Positions 39,467 through 52,129 of a DNA stretch of 64,000 nt are shown piece after piece. Position 1 is the stretch's first letter, and every line of letters begins with the position of its first letter. The stretch spans positions 26,350,001-26,414,000 of the forward strand of contig NC_043003.1 in assembly GCF_006345805.1 (NCBI RefSeq). The letters are read 5' to 3'. Source of the stretch: Octopus sinensis (Eukaryota). Position numbers and translations under genes: made by a program. A model generated the notes under the pieces. That model saw nothing but the letters and a program-made list of their open reading frames with translations, ran no database searches and was not told where the DNA came from.

Positions 39467-40104
39467 TGAGGAGAAGTCAAAAATTATCTGCACTTTCACC
39501 ATAAAATATCTTTATTATTGTCACACTGCCTTCTGCACAAACGTGCTTATAGTTGGTACTATTGTGGTCAGGTGATCAAAGTTTCAGCCTGATTGTATCA
39601 TCTTTCTTTCTGGCTTTACAGTTTAAACATAGCCACTCCACTAGCAATGTGCATCAAAGAAAAACAAAGAGCAGTGATCCGATTTCTCTGAAAAAGGTGT
39701 ACACAATCAACAGGAAATTTTGTTGTTGCATGACAATTCACGCCCACACATGGCCACCTAGACTGTTGAAACCATTAATCAATTGGTTTTTGAGGTGCTG
39801 GAACACCCTGATAACAGCCCAGATCTCTGGTCTTCTGAATATTATATCATTGGACCACTCAAAGATGGTTTACGAGGTCGTTGATTTCCTACAGATGAAA
39901 ATGTGAAGGAAGCGGTGCATAAATGGTTGCATGACCAACTGAAAACTTTCTTCTTGGAGGGAATACACAAGCTTGTGGACTGCTGGACCAAGCGCAACAA
40001 AAAGGGAGGAGACTATATTGAAAAATGATGTACATGTTCATTCCCTGCTTTTGTGTAAATACATTGAAAATACAAGAGTGCATATAATTTTTGACTCTCC
40101 CTTA
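39467..40104 (+). mobile_element. Internally deleted mariner (638 bp), second family
   Basis: TA flanks and 28-bp TIRs (23 of 28 match). N-terminal KQRAVIRFL is joined to LLHDNSRPH..HPDNSPDL..PLKDGLRG..GIHKLVDCWTK..GGDYIEK*. Confidence 0.9.
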
Positions 40105-40249
40105 TACATCAAGGTTGACCTGGATCTAAGCAACAACAGCATAATTAAATTTATAATATTTTAAATATTGTAAGCAACTGCTCTCAATAAGCATTGACTT
40201 GGCTGCAATGACCAGGCCAACTTATGCCAGCATGGAAATTATCATAGAA

Positions 40250-40289
40250 TGATGATGATGGTGGTTGTGGTGGTGGTGGTGGTGGTGGT

Positions 40290-40349
<60 letters not shown>

Positions 40350-40460
40350 CTGGTAGCAGTGATCATGATGATGGTGATTGTGGTGGTGGTGGTGGTGGTG
40401 TTGGTGGTGATGGTGGCAGTGATCATAATGATATTGATAGTGGTGGCAGTGGAGGTGATG
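40250..40460. repeat. (GGT)n/(GTA)n trinucleotide tract
   Basis: Direct reading. Confidence 0.95.
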
Positions 40461-40852
40461 CATGTAACATTGATGGCCTAAATGTTAATAGATTGAACAA
40501 ATCATCTCAATCTTCCAGAGTTGCTATTCAGTTGTTATTCAGAGTCAGTTATTTTGTAAAATGATATTCAGATGCACTTTTATGATATCCAACACATTGC
40601 TTCTGCATGTCCTGAGAGACTTTTAAGCACCACTGCTTATGTCTATTTTCATAGTGTTTTAAGCAAACAAGAGATAACTCTCTCCTGAGATAGGTCACCA
40701 GTCTATCCTTTGTAACATACTCTGACAAGGAAGCATTAAGCAAGTCAACAAGGGAGCACCACATCTCCCTGAAATCACATCTTACTATCTTAACCCTTTA
40801 CTTGTCATGTGTATCCCATAGAACATATTTTCCTGGTCTCCGTACATCATAT

Positions 40853-41068
40853 GTGAGGGGTGCGGAAAAGTTCCAGGCTTTAAGAGTATTGTGAAAAGCC
40901 TAGTTGAGGGCCCAACCTTCCAAGGGCTTTTACAGAGCTTAGAAAACTGAAGGACTGCTGCAATAAGTGTGTGAATCTAAGAGGGGAATATGCTGAGTAA
41001 AATAATAATTAACTGATCCTCCTATATTTTCTTTTACCCAAAGCCAGGAACTTTTTGGCACCCCCTAG
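40853..41068. mobile_element. mariner-derived MITE (about 215 bp)
   Basis: TIRs ggggtgcggaaaagttccaggcttt / aaagccaggaactttttggcacccc; TA at right. Retains the mariner C-terminal coding tail (KLKDCCNKCVNLRGEYAE*). Confidence 0.85.
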
Positions 41069-41094
41069 TATGATATATATAGATAAAGCACACT

Positions 41095-41338
41095 TCTCAA
41101 GCCATATTGACTCATTGAGGGTCAGTTTCCCAGCTTCTGTGATGTTTATATACTTACTCCTTGGACAGGACACTAGTCCATCACAAGATTACTCATTTTT
41201 ACCCAATAAGTGGACTGGAGCAATGTGAAATGAAGTGTTTTGCTCAATAACACAACACGTTGCCCAGACCAGGAATTGAAACCACAATCTTATGATCATA
41301 AGTCCAACACCCTAACCACTAGGCATACAACTCCACAA
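41095..41338 (-). mobile_element. SINE D
   Basis: Antisense D box and head cctagtggttagggtgttggac. Confidence 0.8.
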
Positions 41339-41724
41339 ACGATATACATACCCAAATCTTTTCAACCACAAGAGAAGCTTGGGACTTATGAAACTCAGAA
41401 CATATGAAACAGAAACTAACTAAAAGTTTGAAAACAAGCATGGACATTTAGGACAGATTTATGAAAATACTTTGGATGAGAAAAGCATTTATTAAAAAAT
41501 GGATGCACTTAGAAGCACCATTGTTGGTTCATGTAGATAACAGTTTAGGTTAAAGGTTCTTAAATCATGCGCCACCAAAATGAGCTGCTGCTGCACAAAG
41601 AATGTCTAAGTGCACAATGTATTTTGTTTTTAGTGTTTTTTAAAAATATAATTCAAAACTTGAGAAAATTTGTATAAACACTTGAGTCTCTTGAAAAATG
41701 TGTTACTTATAAAATTTTTATACA

Positions 41725-42080
41725 TAGGCAAAGGTGTGGCTGTGTGGTAAGGAGCTTGCTTCCCAACCATACGGTTCTGAGTTCAGTCTCACTATGTGGC
41801 ACCTTGGACAAGTGTCTTCTACTATTGCCCTCAGGCTGACTAAAGTCTTGTGAGTGGATTTGGTATGTGTGTGTATCGTCTCGCCACTGCTTGACAACCA
41901 GTGATGGTGTGTTTATGTCCCTCTAACTTAGCAGTTTGGCAAAAGAGGCCAACAAGATAAGTACTTGGCTTAAAAAATTAATAAGTCCTGGGACCGATCT
42001 GTTTGACTAAATCCCTTCAAGTTGGTGCCCTAGCATGACCGCAGTCATACAATTGAAACAAGTAAAAAAATAAAGGTATG
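41725..42080 (+). mobile_element. SINE A
   Basis: Head, body and tail. Confidence 0.85.
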
Positions 42081-42135
42081 ATCAATAAAAGAAGGTATAA
42101 GCAATAGACTTTGTATATATTTTTTAAAACTTTAA

Positions 42136-42359
42136 CCCCTTGCCTATCTTGTGTATCACATGTAATGCACAAGACATATTTCCCTGGTGTCCCTACATCA
42201 TATTTTTTTCAATTTTTTTTCCCTCACCAGACTATCTTGGGATTTATGAAGGAAAGCTTTATATTACTCAGAATGTATGGTACAAGGGCTAACTAAAAGT
42301 CTGTAAATAACCATGGTGATTTAGGACAAACTTATGAAGATGCTTTGGATACACAAGGG
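42136..42359. mobile_element. piggyBac-like MITE pB3 (224 bp)
   Basis: TTAA on both sides; TIRs cccttgcctatc / gatacacaaggg. Confidence 0.8.
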
Positions 42360-42519
42360 TTAAAACAATGTTTTAGCATTCCATGCAAAATGTGGACTTG
42401 TGAAAAGCATTAATAACTTACAACTTTCCATGCAAAGTACATAAGTGTCATAGTTTTAAAATTTCTATGCAAAGTACACCTGAGAAGTGTACTAGTGATT
42501 TTAAACTTTGTGTGGAAAG

Positions 42520-42708
42520 CTGGTGGCACGTAAAAGCACCTACTACACTCTCAGAGTGGTTGGCATTAGGAAAGGCATCCAGCTGTAGAAACTTTGCCAG
42601 ATTAGATTGGAGTCTGGTGCAGCCTTCTGGCTCACCAGTCCTCAGTCAAACCATCCAACCTATGCCAACATGGAAACCAGACATTAAACGATGATGATGA
42701 TGATGATG
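42520..42708 (+). mobile_element. Family B RTE 3' fragment (single unit)
   Basis: tggtggcacgtaaaagcacc...cattaaac(gat)n. Confidence 0.85.
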
Positions 42709-43639
42709 CTTGTGCATGTATATGATTTTCTATGTTTATACCCTACCCAGACATATACTGGCAGACAAAGAATTAAATGCAATAATTGATTTGGCTTGAG
42801 ACCAGTCAACATTACAATCAGTTCTTTGGCTGACAAGGCTCTGAAGGTTTTGGACTAATATAAATCAAATTATTCTTTTAATAATAAGGACTAAGAGCAA
42901 AACATATTTACTTTTTAATTTTATGATCTATGTAAACATTTCCAACCAATGATTTTGATGTTTTTAAATTTTTGTTTGTTTATTTATTTCAGCAAATTTG
43001 GATATTTCTAAAACAAAATAGGAACAAGTATTTTTTCAAAATATTTACACATATGTGGTTGTCTCATTAAAAAGTTCATTTCAAAACCTTATACATACTC
43101 AGCTAGATTCTCAACCACTCAGCCATGCCTCTGTGTGTGTGGGGGGAGGTGCATGCATGTGTGTGTGGGGGGAGGTGCATGCATGTGTGTGTGTGTGTGT
43201 GTGTGTGAGTTATGCTTATAAAGGACCTGTTGAGGTGGAAGGCATATAACCTTTGATTTAGAATTTCATATTTCATTACACTTTGAAAAAGAAGCTTGTA
43301 AAGAGAATTTGTGCCAATAAAGTGAAATTTCATGTTACAGGCTCCACTGGTTTTAATGGTCACAAAGTATGTAAACAAAAACTAAAATTCAAAAGTGTAG
43401 TTTTAAATTATATACTTATAATATCCTTACAAGTGTTTCAGTGATGATAACAAAATGATTATGTAAGGATAATTTTATGCAATCCTTCACCACCACTTCA
43501 TCAGAGCTTGTGATGAAAAATACACGGCAATCATTATTGAGACATGTGTAGAGATGTTATAAGTAAATAAATTAAACTATACTCCCAAGTCTTAATTTTT
43601 GTGTCTGTATCTACAGACAGATAGATAGAAATATTATAC

Positions 43640-43880
43640 ACAATCATCACCCTCATTGTTTTAGCATTCACTTTTCCATGCTTGCATGGGTTAAAAGGAA
43701 TTTATTGAAGGAGGTTTTGTACAGCTGGATACCCTTCCTATCACTCACCTTTACCTATTTCCCCTCTATTATTTTCCCCTCATGACAAGATATATTTTCA
43801 CTGAAGATTGGAAACAAACAACACTACTTGTATGATGGTAGCACTTATTTACAGCTACCACATGATGTCCAGACAAGGAG
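43640..43880 (-). mobile_element. A2-type RTE tail fragment
   Basis: ttttccatgcttgcatggg..gctggatacccttcctatcact matches 26718-26940. Confidence 0.6.
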
Positions 43881-44159
43881 GTACACATGTGCATGCATAT
43901 ACACACACATATATTTATACCACCTCCACTACTACTACCTCTACCACCACCATCATCATCATATGATAATTCCTATGCAGTGTGTGCATATATATACATA
44001 TATGTTTGTATGTGTGCGTGTGTGTGTGCACACATAGATATGTGTGTGAGTGTACAGACAAGCGATGGAAGTGGGGACAAACACTGTTGCAAAGACACAC
44101 ATACACACTTATATATATATATATATATATATAAATGTGTGTATATATATATATATATA

Positions 44160-44545
44160 TATTGCTTGTTATCAGTCGTAAGACACTTGTTGTTTTCACC
44201 GTTAATGCTTCTGTATTTCATGTTTCTGTATTCCATTATTGTTTTTTTTTTTTTTGTTTTTTTTTTATATATTTGTCCCTTTTGCTGTCCTGGTGTTCGT
44301 ATGCATTCGATCCTTCTTCCAGGAAATCTACGCTTCCAGCTTAGTTTTTCTAATGCTCGTTGCTTAGTTTTTCTTGGAGGGCTGGCCGTGATCTAGTAAT
44401 CTCAAGATTAATCAGCCGAAATTACTACGATGATCCGGTTCTTGACTGAAGACCGAGGGGTTCGAATGTCCTGTCCATGTTTATTGTGTCGTCTTCTAAG
44501 AGTTATACGTTCTTGTCCATGTTGTATTTTCTACTTACCTTAATA
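44160..44545 (+). mobile_element. CpG-rich repeat-like segment between (TA)n tracts, possibly a PLE pLTR of another family
   Basis: Same setting and composition as the 27145 element. Contains ggctg..cagccgaaa and ctgaaga, but no complete hammerhead. Confidence 0.3.
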
Positions 44546-44548
44546 TAT

Positions 44549-44582
<34 letters not shown>

Positions 44583-44592
44583 ATATATATAT

Positions 44593-44770
44593 ATGATGGG
44601 CTTCTTTCAGTTTCTGCCTACCAAATACACTCACAAGGCTTTGGTCGACCCAAAGCCATAGTAGAAGACACTTGCTCAAAGTGCCATGCAGTAGAATTGA
44701 ACCTGGTACCATATGGTTGGGAAGCAAGCTTCTTACCACATGGCCATTCCTGCAATATATATATATCTAT

Positions 44771-44823
<53 letters not shown>

Positions 44824-45059
44824 GTATATATATATATATTATATATATAATATATATATATATATATATCATCATCATCATCCTCATCATTCAACGTCTG
44901 TTTTCCATACTGGCATGGGTTGAACGTTTTCCGTGCTGGCATGTGTACCTCCTTGAAAGCCAGCGGTTCCAATCTGTTCTGGCGATGTTTCTACGACTGG
45001 ATGTTCTTCCTAACACCAACCAGTCTGAGAGCGTAGTGGGTGCTGAAAAGAAGCCTGTC

Positions 45060-45101
<42 letters not shown>

Positions 45102-45319
45102 ATATATGTTTGTGAATCTGTGTTTGTACCCACCACCATCGCTTGACAATCGATGCTGGTGTGTTTATGTCCCTGTAACTTAGCGGTTCAGGAAAAAGAG
45201 AATAATAGAATAAGTACTAGGCTTACAAAGAATAAGTCCTGGGGTCACTTTGTTCGACTGAAGGCGGTGCTCCAGCATGACTACAGTCAAATGACTGAAA
45301 CTAATAAAAGAATAAAAGG

Positions 45320-45320
<1 letters not shown>
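44593..45320. mobile_element. SINE A head (minus, 44593-44755), RTE tail (minus, 44868-45045) and SINE A 3' half (plus, 45045-45320)
   Basis: Matches to the family consensus read from other copies. Confidence 0.75.
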
Positions 45321-45359
<39 letters not shown>

Positions 45360-45979
45360 ATGTGTGTGTGTGTGTGTGTTCCCCATTGCTTGACAACCAG
45401 TGTTAGTGAGTTTGTTGTTTGTTCCTTCTTAAGGGCTGGTTTCCCGGTTTCATTGGCATACGGGTTCCCCACCTGGACGGGACACCAGTCCGTCACTGGT
45501 GAGCTGCTAGATGCAGGAGGAAAGAGCGAGAGAAAGTTGTGGTGAAAGCAAACGATAGAATATGTACCAGTCAATTCATTCAACTAAAATTCCTTCATCA
45601 TGGCATTGCCCCAGCATGGTCACAAGTCAAACAACTGAAACAAGTAAAAGATAAAAGACGTGTGTGTGTGAACTACATAAACATAATCTGAGCAATTCTG
45701 TAAAGAACATATGGTTTGACAAGGTGAACGGCATCATTTGACTTTCAGACACTTAATTGACTCTCCATCCAGGACCAGTCCAGCAAATAACGAACATTTC
45801 ACCTATTTACCAATTCCAAAGCGATCTACATGAATAAATAATACCGAAGACAAATTCCATTGTTGGAATTGTTGTTAGTATTTTTGTTATTGTAATTGCT
45901 ATTGTTGTTGTTGTTGTTGTCATTGTCACTACTGCTGCTGCTGCTGATAATGTCTCAGTGCCATAGCAACCATATTCTT

Positions 45980-46272
45980 CATATCTATGTATCTCTCTCT
46001 CTCTTTTTTTCTTTCACCAGCTCTTTCCCTCCTCCTACCTTCATGTCTATTTGAGTCTAACCCATGCATGCATGGAAAAGTGGACATTAAAACGATGATG
46101 AAGATGATGATGATGATGATGATGTCCTCTTTTTTTTCGCTTTCCCTATCTCTATCAATCTCACTTTGTCTTTATCTCTTTCCCTGTGTCTTTCTCTGTC
46201 TCTCTATCTCTCAACATCTGTTTCAATCCATCTTTCTCTGAGTATGTATGCATATATGTTTGTATGTATGTT

Positions 46273-46304
<32 letters not shown>

Positions 46305-46680
46305 TGTATGCATGTATGTATGTATTGATCTATCTATCTATGTCTTCAGGTCTCTCTCTCCCTCACTCTCTTATTCCATCTCATTGTCTTACTATCTTTT
46401 ACTGCATTTCCACTCATCTGTCTCCTCTATCTGTTTCACTTTCTCCTTGTCTCTCTCTCTTTCATTCCTTCTCTATGTCTCTGTCTCTCTTAATGTCTGT
46501 TTCTACTCATCTCTCTTTAACTCTCTCTCTCTAACTCTCTCTCTCTCTCATTCCCTCTCTTTGTTTCTCAATCTCTAAATTTTTGTTTCCCTTTCATCTC
46601 TCTTTTTCTCTCATTGCTTCTTTTTGTCTCTCTCCAAACCACTCTCTCTCTCTCTCTCTCTCTCTCTACTCCCCTCTGCT
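45980..46680 (+). repeat. CT-rich and (TATG)n low-complexity tract
   Basis: Direct reading. Confidence 0.9.
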
Positions 46681-47309
46681 TGTCCTATGCTTTTCATTGT
46701 CATTAACACACTTGCCTTCTAAAAAGTCAAAATTGTGAGTAGTGTGTATATATGTGTGTGTATGCTTGCATGAATGTCTGTGTGTGTGTGTGTGTGTGTG
46801 TGTGAATGTGTGTTGAATGTTCGATCTGAATTTTGATTATATTATTAAATGAGTGCTTGTGTATGTACCTATACGTCTGCTTATGTATATGCTTATATGT
46901 CTGAGAGTGTGTGTCTGTGTGTATATATGTGTGTGTGTGTGTGTTGAATCATTGATGGTTTTTTTTGCTTTGGTTTTGGTATCAGTATTCATGTAGGTGG
47001 GTGTTAAATGCTAGATCTGTGTGCTTTAAGTATAGTGAGCATGAATACACAGTATACTGAGTCTTCTCATATGCCGAGCCTTCATTTGCATCTGTGTGTG
47101 TGTGTATTTATGTATGTATATATGTACCTATGTGAGTTTGCTAACATTTGTGTTGCTGCTGTTGCTGTTTAGCCGTGATCCTGTAGACATATGATCAAAG
47201 GTATTCCACTCATGACCATCTCATATTTAACTTTTATTTTCATATATTCTGGTATATTAGAGAATACACTGTTTTTTTACTATGACAAATGACATGCTAC
47301 TATCATCAT

Positions 47310-47990
47310 CATCATCGTTTAACGTCCATTTTCCGTGCTAGCACGGGTTGGACGGTTCGGCCAGGGTCTGGGAAGCCAGGAGGCTGCACTAGGCTCCAGT
47401 CTGATCTGGCAGTGTTTCTACAGCTGGATGCCCTCCCAAATGCCAACTACTCCATGAGTGTAGCGGGTGCTTTTTACGTGCCACTAGCAGTGTCCACGAT
47501 CGGTTGGTGCTTTTTACATGCCACCGGCACAGAAACCAGTCATGGCAGCGCTGGCATTGGCCACATTCAGATGGTGCTTTTTACATGCCACCAGCACAGG
47601 TATCACAACTACAATTTCCATTTGATATTTATTTTGCTGTTAATATACTTGACTCAATAGGTCTCAAGAAAACTCAAGCCTCGGCCCGACCAAAGCCCTG
47701 TGAGTGGATTTGGTAGACGGAAACTGAAAAAATCCCGTCGTATATATGTATATATGTGTGTGTATGTGTGTATATGTTTGTGTGTCTGCGTTAGTCCCCC
47801 CAACATCGCTTGACAACCGATGGTGGTGTGTTTACATCCCTGTAACTTAGTGGTTCGGCAAAAGAGACCAATAGAATAAGTACTAGGCTTACAAAGAATA
47901 AGTCCTGGGGTCAATTTGGTTGACTAAAAGGCGGTGCTCCAGCATGGCCTCAGTCAAATGGCTGAAACAATTAAAAAGGGTAAAAAAAAA
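47310..47990. mobile_element. Family B repeat (minus, 47310-47675) abutting head-less SINE A (plus, 47676-47990)
   Basis: Three ggtgcttttta units, then gcctcggcccgaccaaagcc of the A body. Confidence 0.85.
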
Positions 47991-48029
47991 AAGAAGAGAG
48001 ACTACTAGCCATGGACATGCTTAGAAAAT

Positions 48030-48385
48030 CAAAAAACAGCAGTCACTATGGCTTCAAAAATGTTTTTCTATGCTCAAAATTATCAAACCATGGAATAAAC
48101 TATCTACCTCAGTTCTTAACTGTCAGGGCACTGCATCCATCAAAAATTTCATGCTTCTTGAAATTTGTCAATACTACTGTTGATGTGCATATGTACCTTT
48201 TCTTCTTTATGGCTTTTTTATTGTTCACTTTGCCATTTTATTTGTGTTTTATTCTGTGTACTCATACATGTTCTTTTGGCTATCATTGTTGCATTTCTAT
48301 ACATGACTTTTAACTGTTTTCTGTACCCTCTTTTACCCTTTTCCCACAAGTTGTAGTGCACCTGAGCACTGTAGAGAATAAGCTC
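48030..48385 (+). mobile_element. Older CR1/L2 3' end with long T-rich 3' UTR
   Basis: aaaatgtttttctatgctcaaaatt..catggaataaacta..; ends agttgtagtgcacctgagcactgta, like the 22300 copy. Confidence 0.75.
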
Positions 48386-48509
48386 CTTATCATATGACGA
48401 TGACGATGATGATGGTGGTAGTTGTTTTAGTGGTCATGGTGAGAATGATGACGTGAATAGAAATTTATGTATATGTATATGTGTATATATATCATCATCA
48501 ATATTATAT

Positions 48510-49900
48510 ATATATATACTGATAAAAATGGTAAGACAACAAAAGAAAGAAAGAGACCTCAGTATTATGTAAATAGAGGAATTTATCTGTAAATGTAATA
48601 TGTGACAATTATTCGGTAGCCATGATAAAACTCCGAGTTTTGGATGCCGAGGTAGAAAACCACGCCACCATCTCTTTAGTTATCCGGCCATCAGAAAGAT
48701 GCTAAGAAAAATGACTGTTATACAAAGGGAAATTACTGTGTGATTGACCGTTATTGAGACAAAAGAGCTATTTGAATGACCACTAAGTAAGGGAGTAAAG
48801 TAAGGGGGTAAGAAGTTCATAGTATTCGCGTAAGCGCGCCTGTTCATACCTACACATGTGCGCCTGCACACCCACGTGCGTCCACCTAAAAGTATACATT
48901 CATCCACCCACACTTGAAAACGTATACATCCTCGCTCCTTCACCAAAAGTATATGTACATACATACAAACCCACACACACGCACGCGCACCATAAAGGTT
49001 CATACACATGTCTATAAACGCACAAGTACAAGAAAAAACAGGGTTAAGAGTAACAATACAGAAAAAAAGGCACAAGGGAGTATACAAAGAGTAAACCACG
49101 TCTATACACGCACATACCCTCATGCATGCACATACACACACACCTATATATGCATATACCCGCACACATCTATATATGCACACACACACGCACGCACAAA
49201 AAGTATCATACATATGTCTATATGTGCACATACACAAGAAAAAACAGGGCTAAGGGCAAAAATACAGGAAAATCTGTAAAAACACAGTAAAATATGTCTA
49301 TATACGCAGTACTCGCATGTACACACACACACACACATCTATATACGCACATACCCGCACACACGCACACATTCACATGAGCACACAAAAGATTCCATAT
49401 ACACGTCTATATATGCACAGGGAAAAATGCAGGCTGGAAGATAGAATACAGAAGAATTATGTGTAAAAAATATATAAGCAATAAACCTATAAACCAATAT
49501 CCTTATAAATATGTTATAAATATATGTATAAAAAATATAAATAAAATAAAAAATATATAAGAAATATAAGTAAAAGGGATAAAGAGATAAAGAGCTTGTG
49601 CATGGACACAATATAGAAAGTAAGTTCTATCTGTAGTCTCGGGGGGACCAAAAATGTAACAAATATTTGGCCACATATGGGCATGATCTGAAAAGTTCAG
49701 TTCTTGAATTCAGACATTTAGCAGGGTCTAAGCTGCTTTTCCAGATGAGCCATCTTTCCATATCACATAGACTGCACTTTCCAGTGCCATTGGTGTAGGG
49801 CTTACCCTTGGCTAAAATTTTCCAATGGATGTTGTAACTGACACCTTTATCTTTTAATGACCATATATGACTGGATAATTTGCACACAAGCATCCTTGAC
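48510..49900 (-). mobile_element. Penelope-like retroelement 3' portion
   Basis: GIY-YIG C-terminal ORF fragment followed by a CpG-rich repetitive 3' region ending at a (TA)n tract. The extent downstream of the ORF is inferred. Confidence 0.6.
49627..49893 (-). pseudogene. Penelope-like GIY-YIG endonuclease C-terminal fragment (88 aa)
   Basis: LSSHIWSLKDKGVSYNIHWKILAKGKPYTNGTGKCSLCDMERWLI..LNSRTELFRSCPY matches the PLE motif LSxHIWxLK..YxIxWxIL..CxLCxxEKxxI..LNxRxE..CxH. Confidence 0.8.
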
Positions 49901-50397
49901 TACAAACTAGAAAGGGGCCACTCAACTGATTGGCATATGCTCCAGCCTCTGGCCACCAACCACAGGGTCTCCTCAGTCTGTCTTTTCTCACCTGAGCAAC
50001 CTCCTACTTGTCATCCCACCCAGCCAACCTTACTTAGGCCCTGCAATAATCCCTACATCAAGTCCTTCCTTCTCAAACTAACAGCCCTCAGGAATTCTGG
50101 TATTCCCTCCTCTATTCACGTCTTTTCCCACAGGTGTACAAAGGTTCAATCGGAACACTTGCATTACTCTAACTGACCTAGGAGGGCCTGCAAAGACTTG
50201 ACATAGCAAGTTTTAAAAAATAGTGAAAGAAAACAGAAAAAAAAAACCAATTAAATAGAAAAAAATTATAAAATTACTAAGAGTCATAGTGCAACTGATT
50301 ATGAAGAGAATCAACCTAGATGAGATGCAATATATATATATATATATATGTATATAAATACTTATATCAATGTATATATGTGTATATGTATGTGTGG

Positions 50398-50466
<69 letters not shown>

Positions 50467-50846
50467 GTATATGAATTTATGTATGTCGATATATATCTTG
50501 AAATGGAGAGAAGGAAGAGGAAACAGAAAGAGAAAGTGTAGGAGAGGGGAAGAGAGAGAGAGAGAAATACATATGCATTTCTCACACATCATGCAAATAA
50601 CATAAATAAATGTCAATTGTAATTGTTATCAAATCGAAATGAAGATAGTTGTTCTTGATGCTGCTGCTGCTGTTGCTGCTGCTGTTAATTAGTTAGTCAG
50701 CTGACACAGAGCAGACAGCGGCCTTGGAAAAATACCCACAGAACTTCGATAACAACACAAACCAATCAATGATGATAGATCTATGCAAATTGGTCACAGA
50801 GCTAAAGCACGTTTTCTTTATCTTCTAAATTTGAATTAGTCTTTAA

Positions 50847-51056
50847 TCCTTTAGCTTTTAAACAGGCCGTATTGAGCCCAAATATTCTACTTGGTTTATG
50901 TTCAAACAGGCCAGATCCAGCCTTTCACATCTATCCAACAATGTCCAATCTACATTCAAAAATAAACATAATCACATCATCAAGACCTCGAAGATACAAG
51001 ATAATGCATGATTAATCTGAAACAATATGAATAAATAAGCATCACATTTGACAGAA
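50847..51056. mobile_element. pB1 MITE, right end lost
   Basis: ttaa-tcctttagc left end; body aligns with 4934-5153. Confidence 0.75.
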
Positions 51057-51084
51057 TCCAAACTTTAATCCTGGCATTTCCCAC

Positions 51085-51325
51085 AAACTAATATTCTCTT
51101 TACTCTTATACTTGTTTCAGTCATTTGACTGTGGCCATGCTGGAGCACCTCCTTTAATCGAAGAAATCGACCCCTGGACTTATTCTTTGTAAGCCTAGTA
51201 CTTATTCTATCGGTCTCTTTTGCTGAACTGCTAAGTTACAGGGACGTAAACACACCAGGATCGGCTGTCGAGCGATGTTGAGGGTCAAACACAAATACAC
51301 AAACATATACATACACATGCATACC

Positions 51326-51382
<57 letters not shown>

Positions 51383-51540
51383 GGCTTCTTTCAGTTTCCG
51401 TCTACCAAATCTACTCACAAGGCTTTGGTTGGCCCGAGGCTATAGTAGAAGACACTTGCCAAAGGTGCCATGCAGTGGGACTGAACCTAGAACCATGTGG
51501 TTGGTAAGCAAGCTACTTACCACACAACCACTCCTGTGCC
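51085..51540 (-). mobile_element. SINE A, full length
   Basis: Antisense copy with expanded internal microsatellite. Confidence 0.9.
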
Positions 51541-51727
51541 TATTATAAGCTATCTTCTACAAAAGCTATGTGATGTACTAATATAAGGTTTCTCAAACTG
51601 GGTTCTGTGAAATGCCAGGGTTTTTCTAGCAGGATAAACTGTTGACCACACTGAGAATTGAACTCAGAGACGTTAGTTTGAACGAATCCTGCAACACATT
51701 CTATCTAACGTTCTTATGACTCTTTTA

Positions 51728-51945
51728 AGGTGGTGAGCTGGCAGAATCCTTAGAATGCCAAGCAAACTGCTTAGTTGCATTTCATCTGTTTTTATATTCC
51801 AAGTTTAAATGTCGCTGAGGTCAACTGTGTTTCATCCTTTCGGGGTTGATAAAATAAGTACCAGTTGTGGACTGGGATTGATGTAATCAGCTTACCCACT
51901 TCCCAGAACTTACTGGCCTTATGCCAAAATTTGGAACTATTCTTA
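51728..51945 (+). mobile_element. SINE C variant
   Basis: ggtggtgagctggcagaatcc head; ttcatcctttcggggttgataaaataagtaccag box. Confidence 0.8.
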
Positions 51946-52129
51946 TGACTGTACTAAATTGTTTGTTTGTGTGTGCAGATGAGCATGTATGTGTAAGTGC
52001 ACGTATTTACAACACTGAAGTGTATACTTGAGTATACTGTGATCTGTTGTCCAGTTTAACAACCTTCACTACCAGCACCATTACTTAGCTTTTGGAAACT
52101 TTTTGTAGAGTCTACACTCCACCACAAGT

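Larger units (their letters stand above)
40794..41490. mobile_element. piggyBac-like MITE, family pB3, interrupted by a mariner MITE and SINE D
   Basis: ttaa-cccttt left end. Segments 40794-40850 and about 41370-41490 align with 42136-42359. Confidence 0.55.

Noticed and set aside
43341-43366. 26-nt microexon candidate (ttacag|...caaa|gtatgt)
   Set aside because: Too short to distinguish from chance without RNA-seq.
44370-44490. Hammerhead-like pieces (ggctg..cagcc-gaaa; ctgaaga)
   Set aside because: The core halves do not assemble: no CUGANGA before the ggctg stem and no GAAA..UH after ctgaaga.
48600-48700. Minus-strand ctgatgg..atcc-aaaa-ctcggag as a hammerhead
   Set aside because: A9 and G12 are altered and no stem I pairing is available; at best a dead relic.
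50690-50810. Octamer ATGCAAAT and CCAAT in a unique stretch
   Set aside because: Isolated short motifs are expected by chance in AT-rich DNA.
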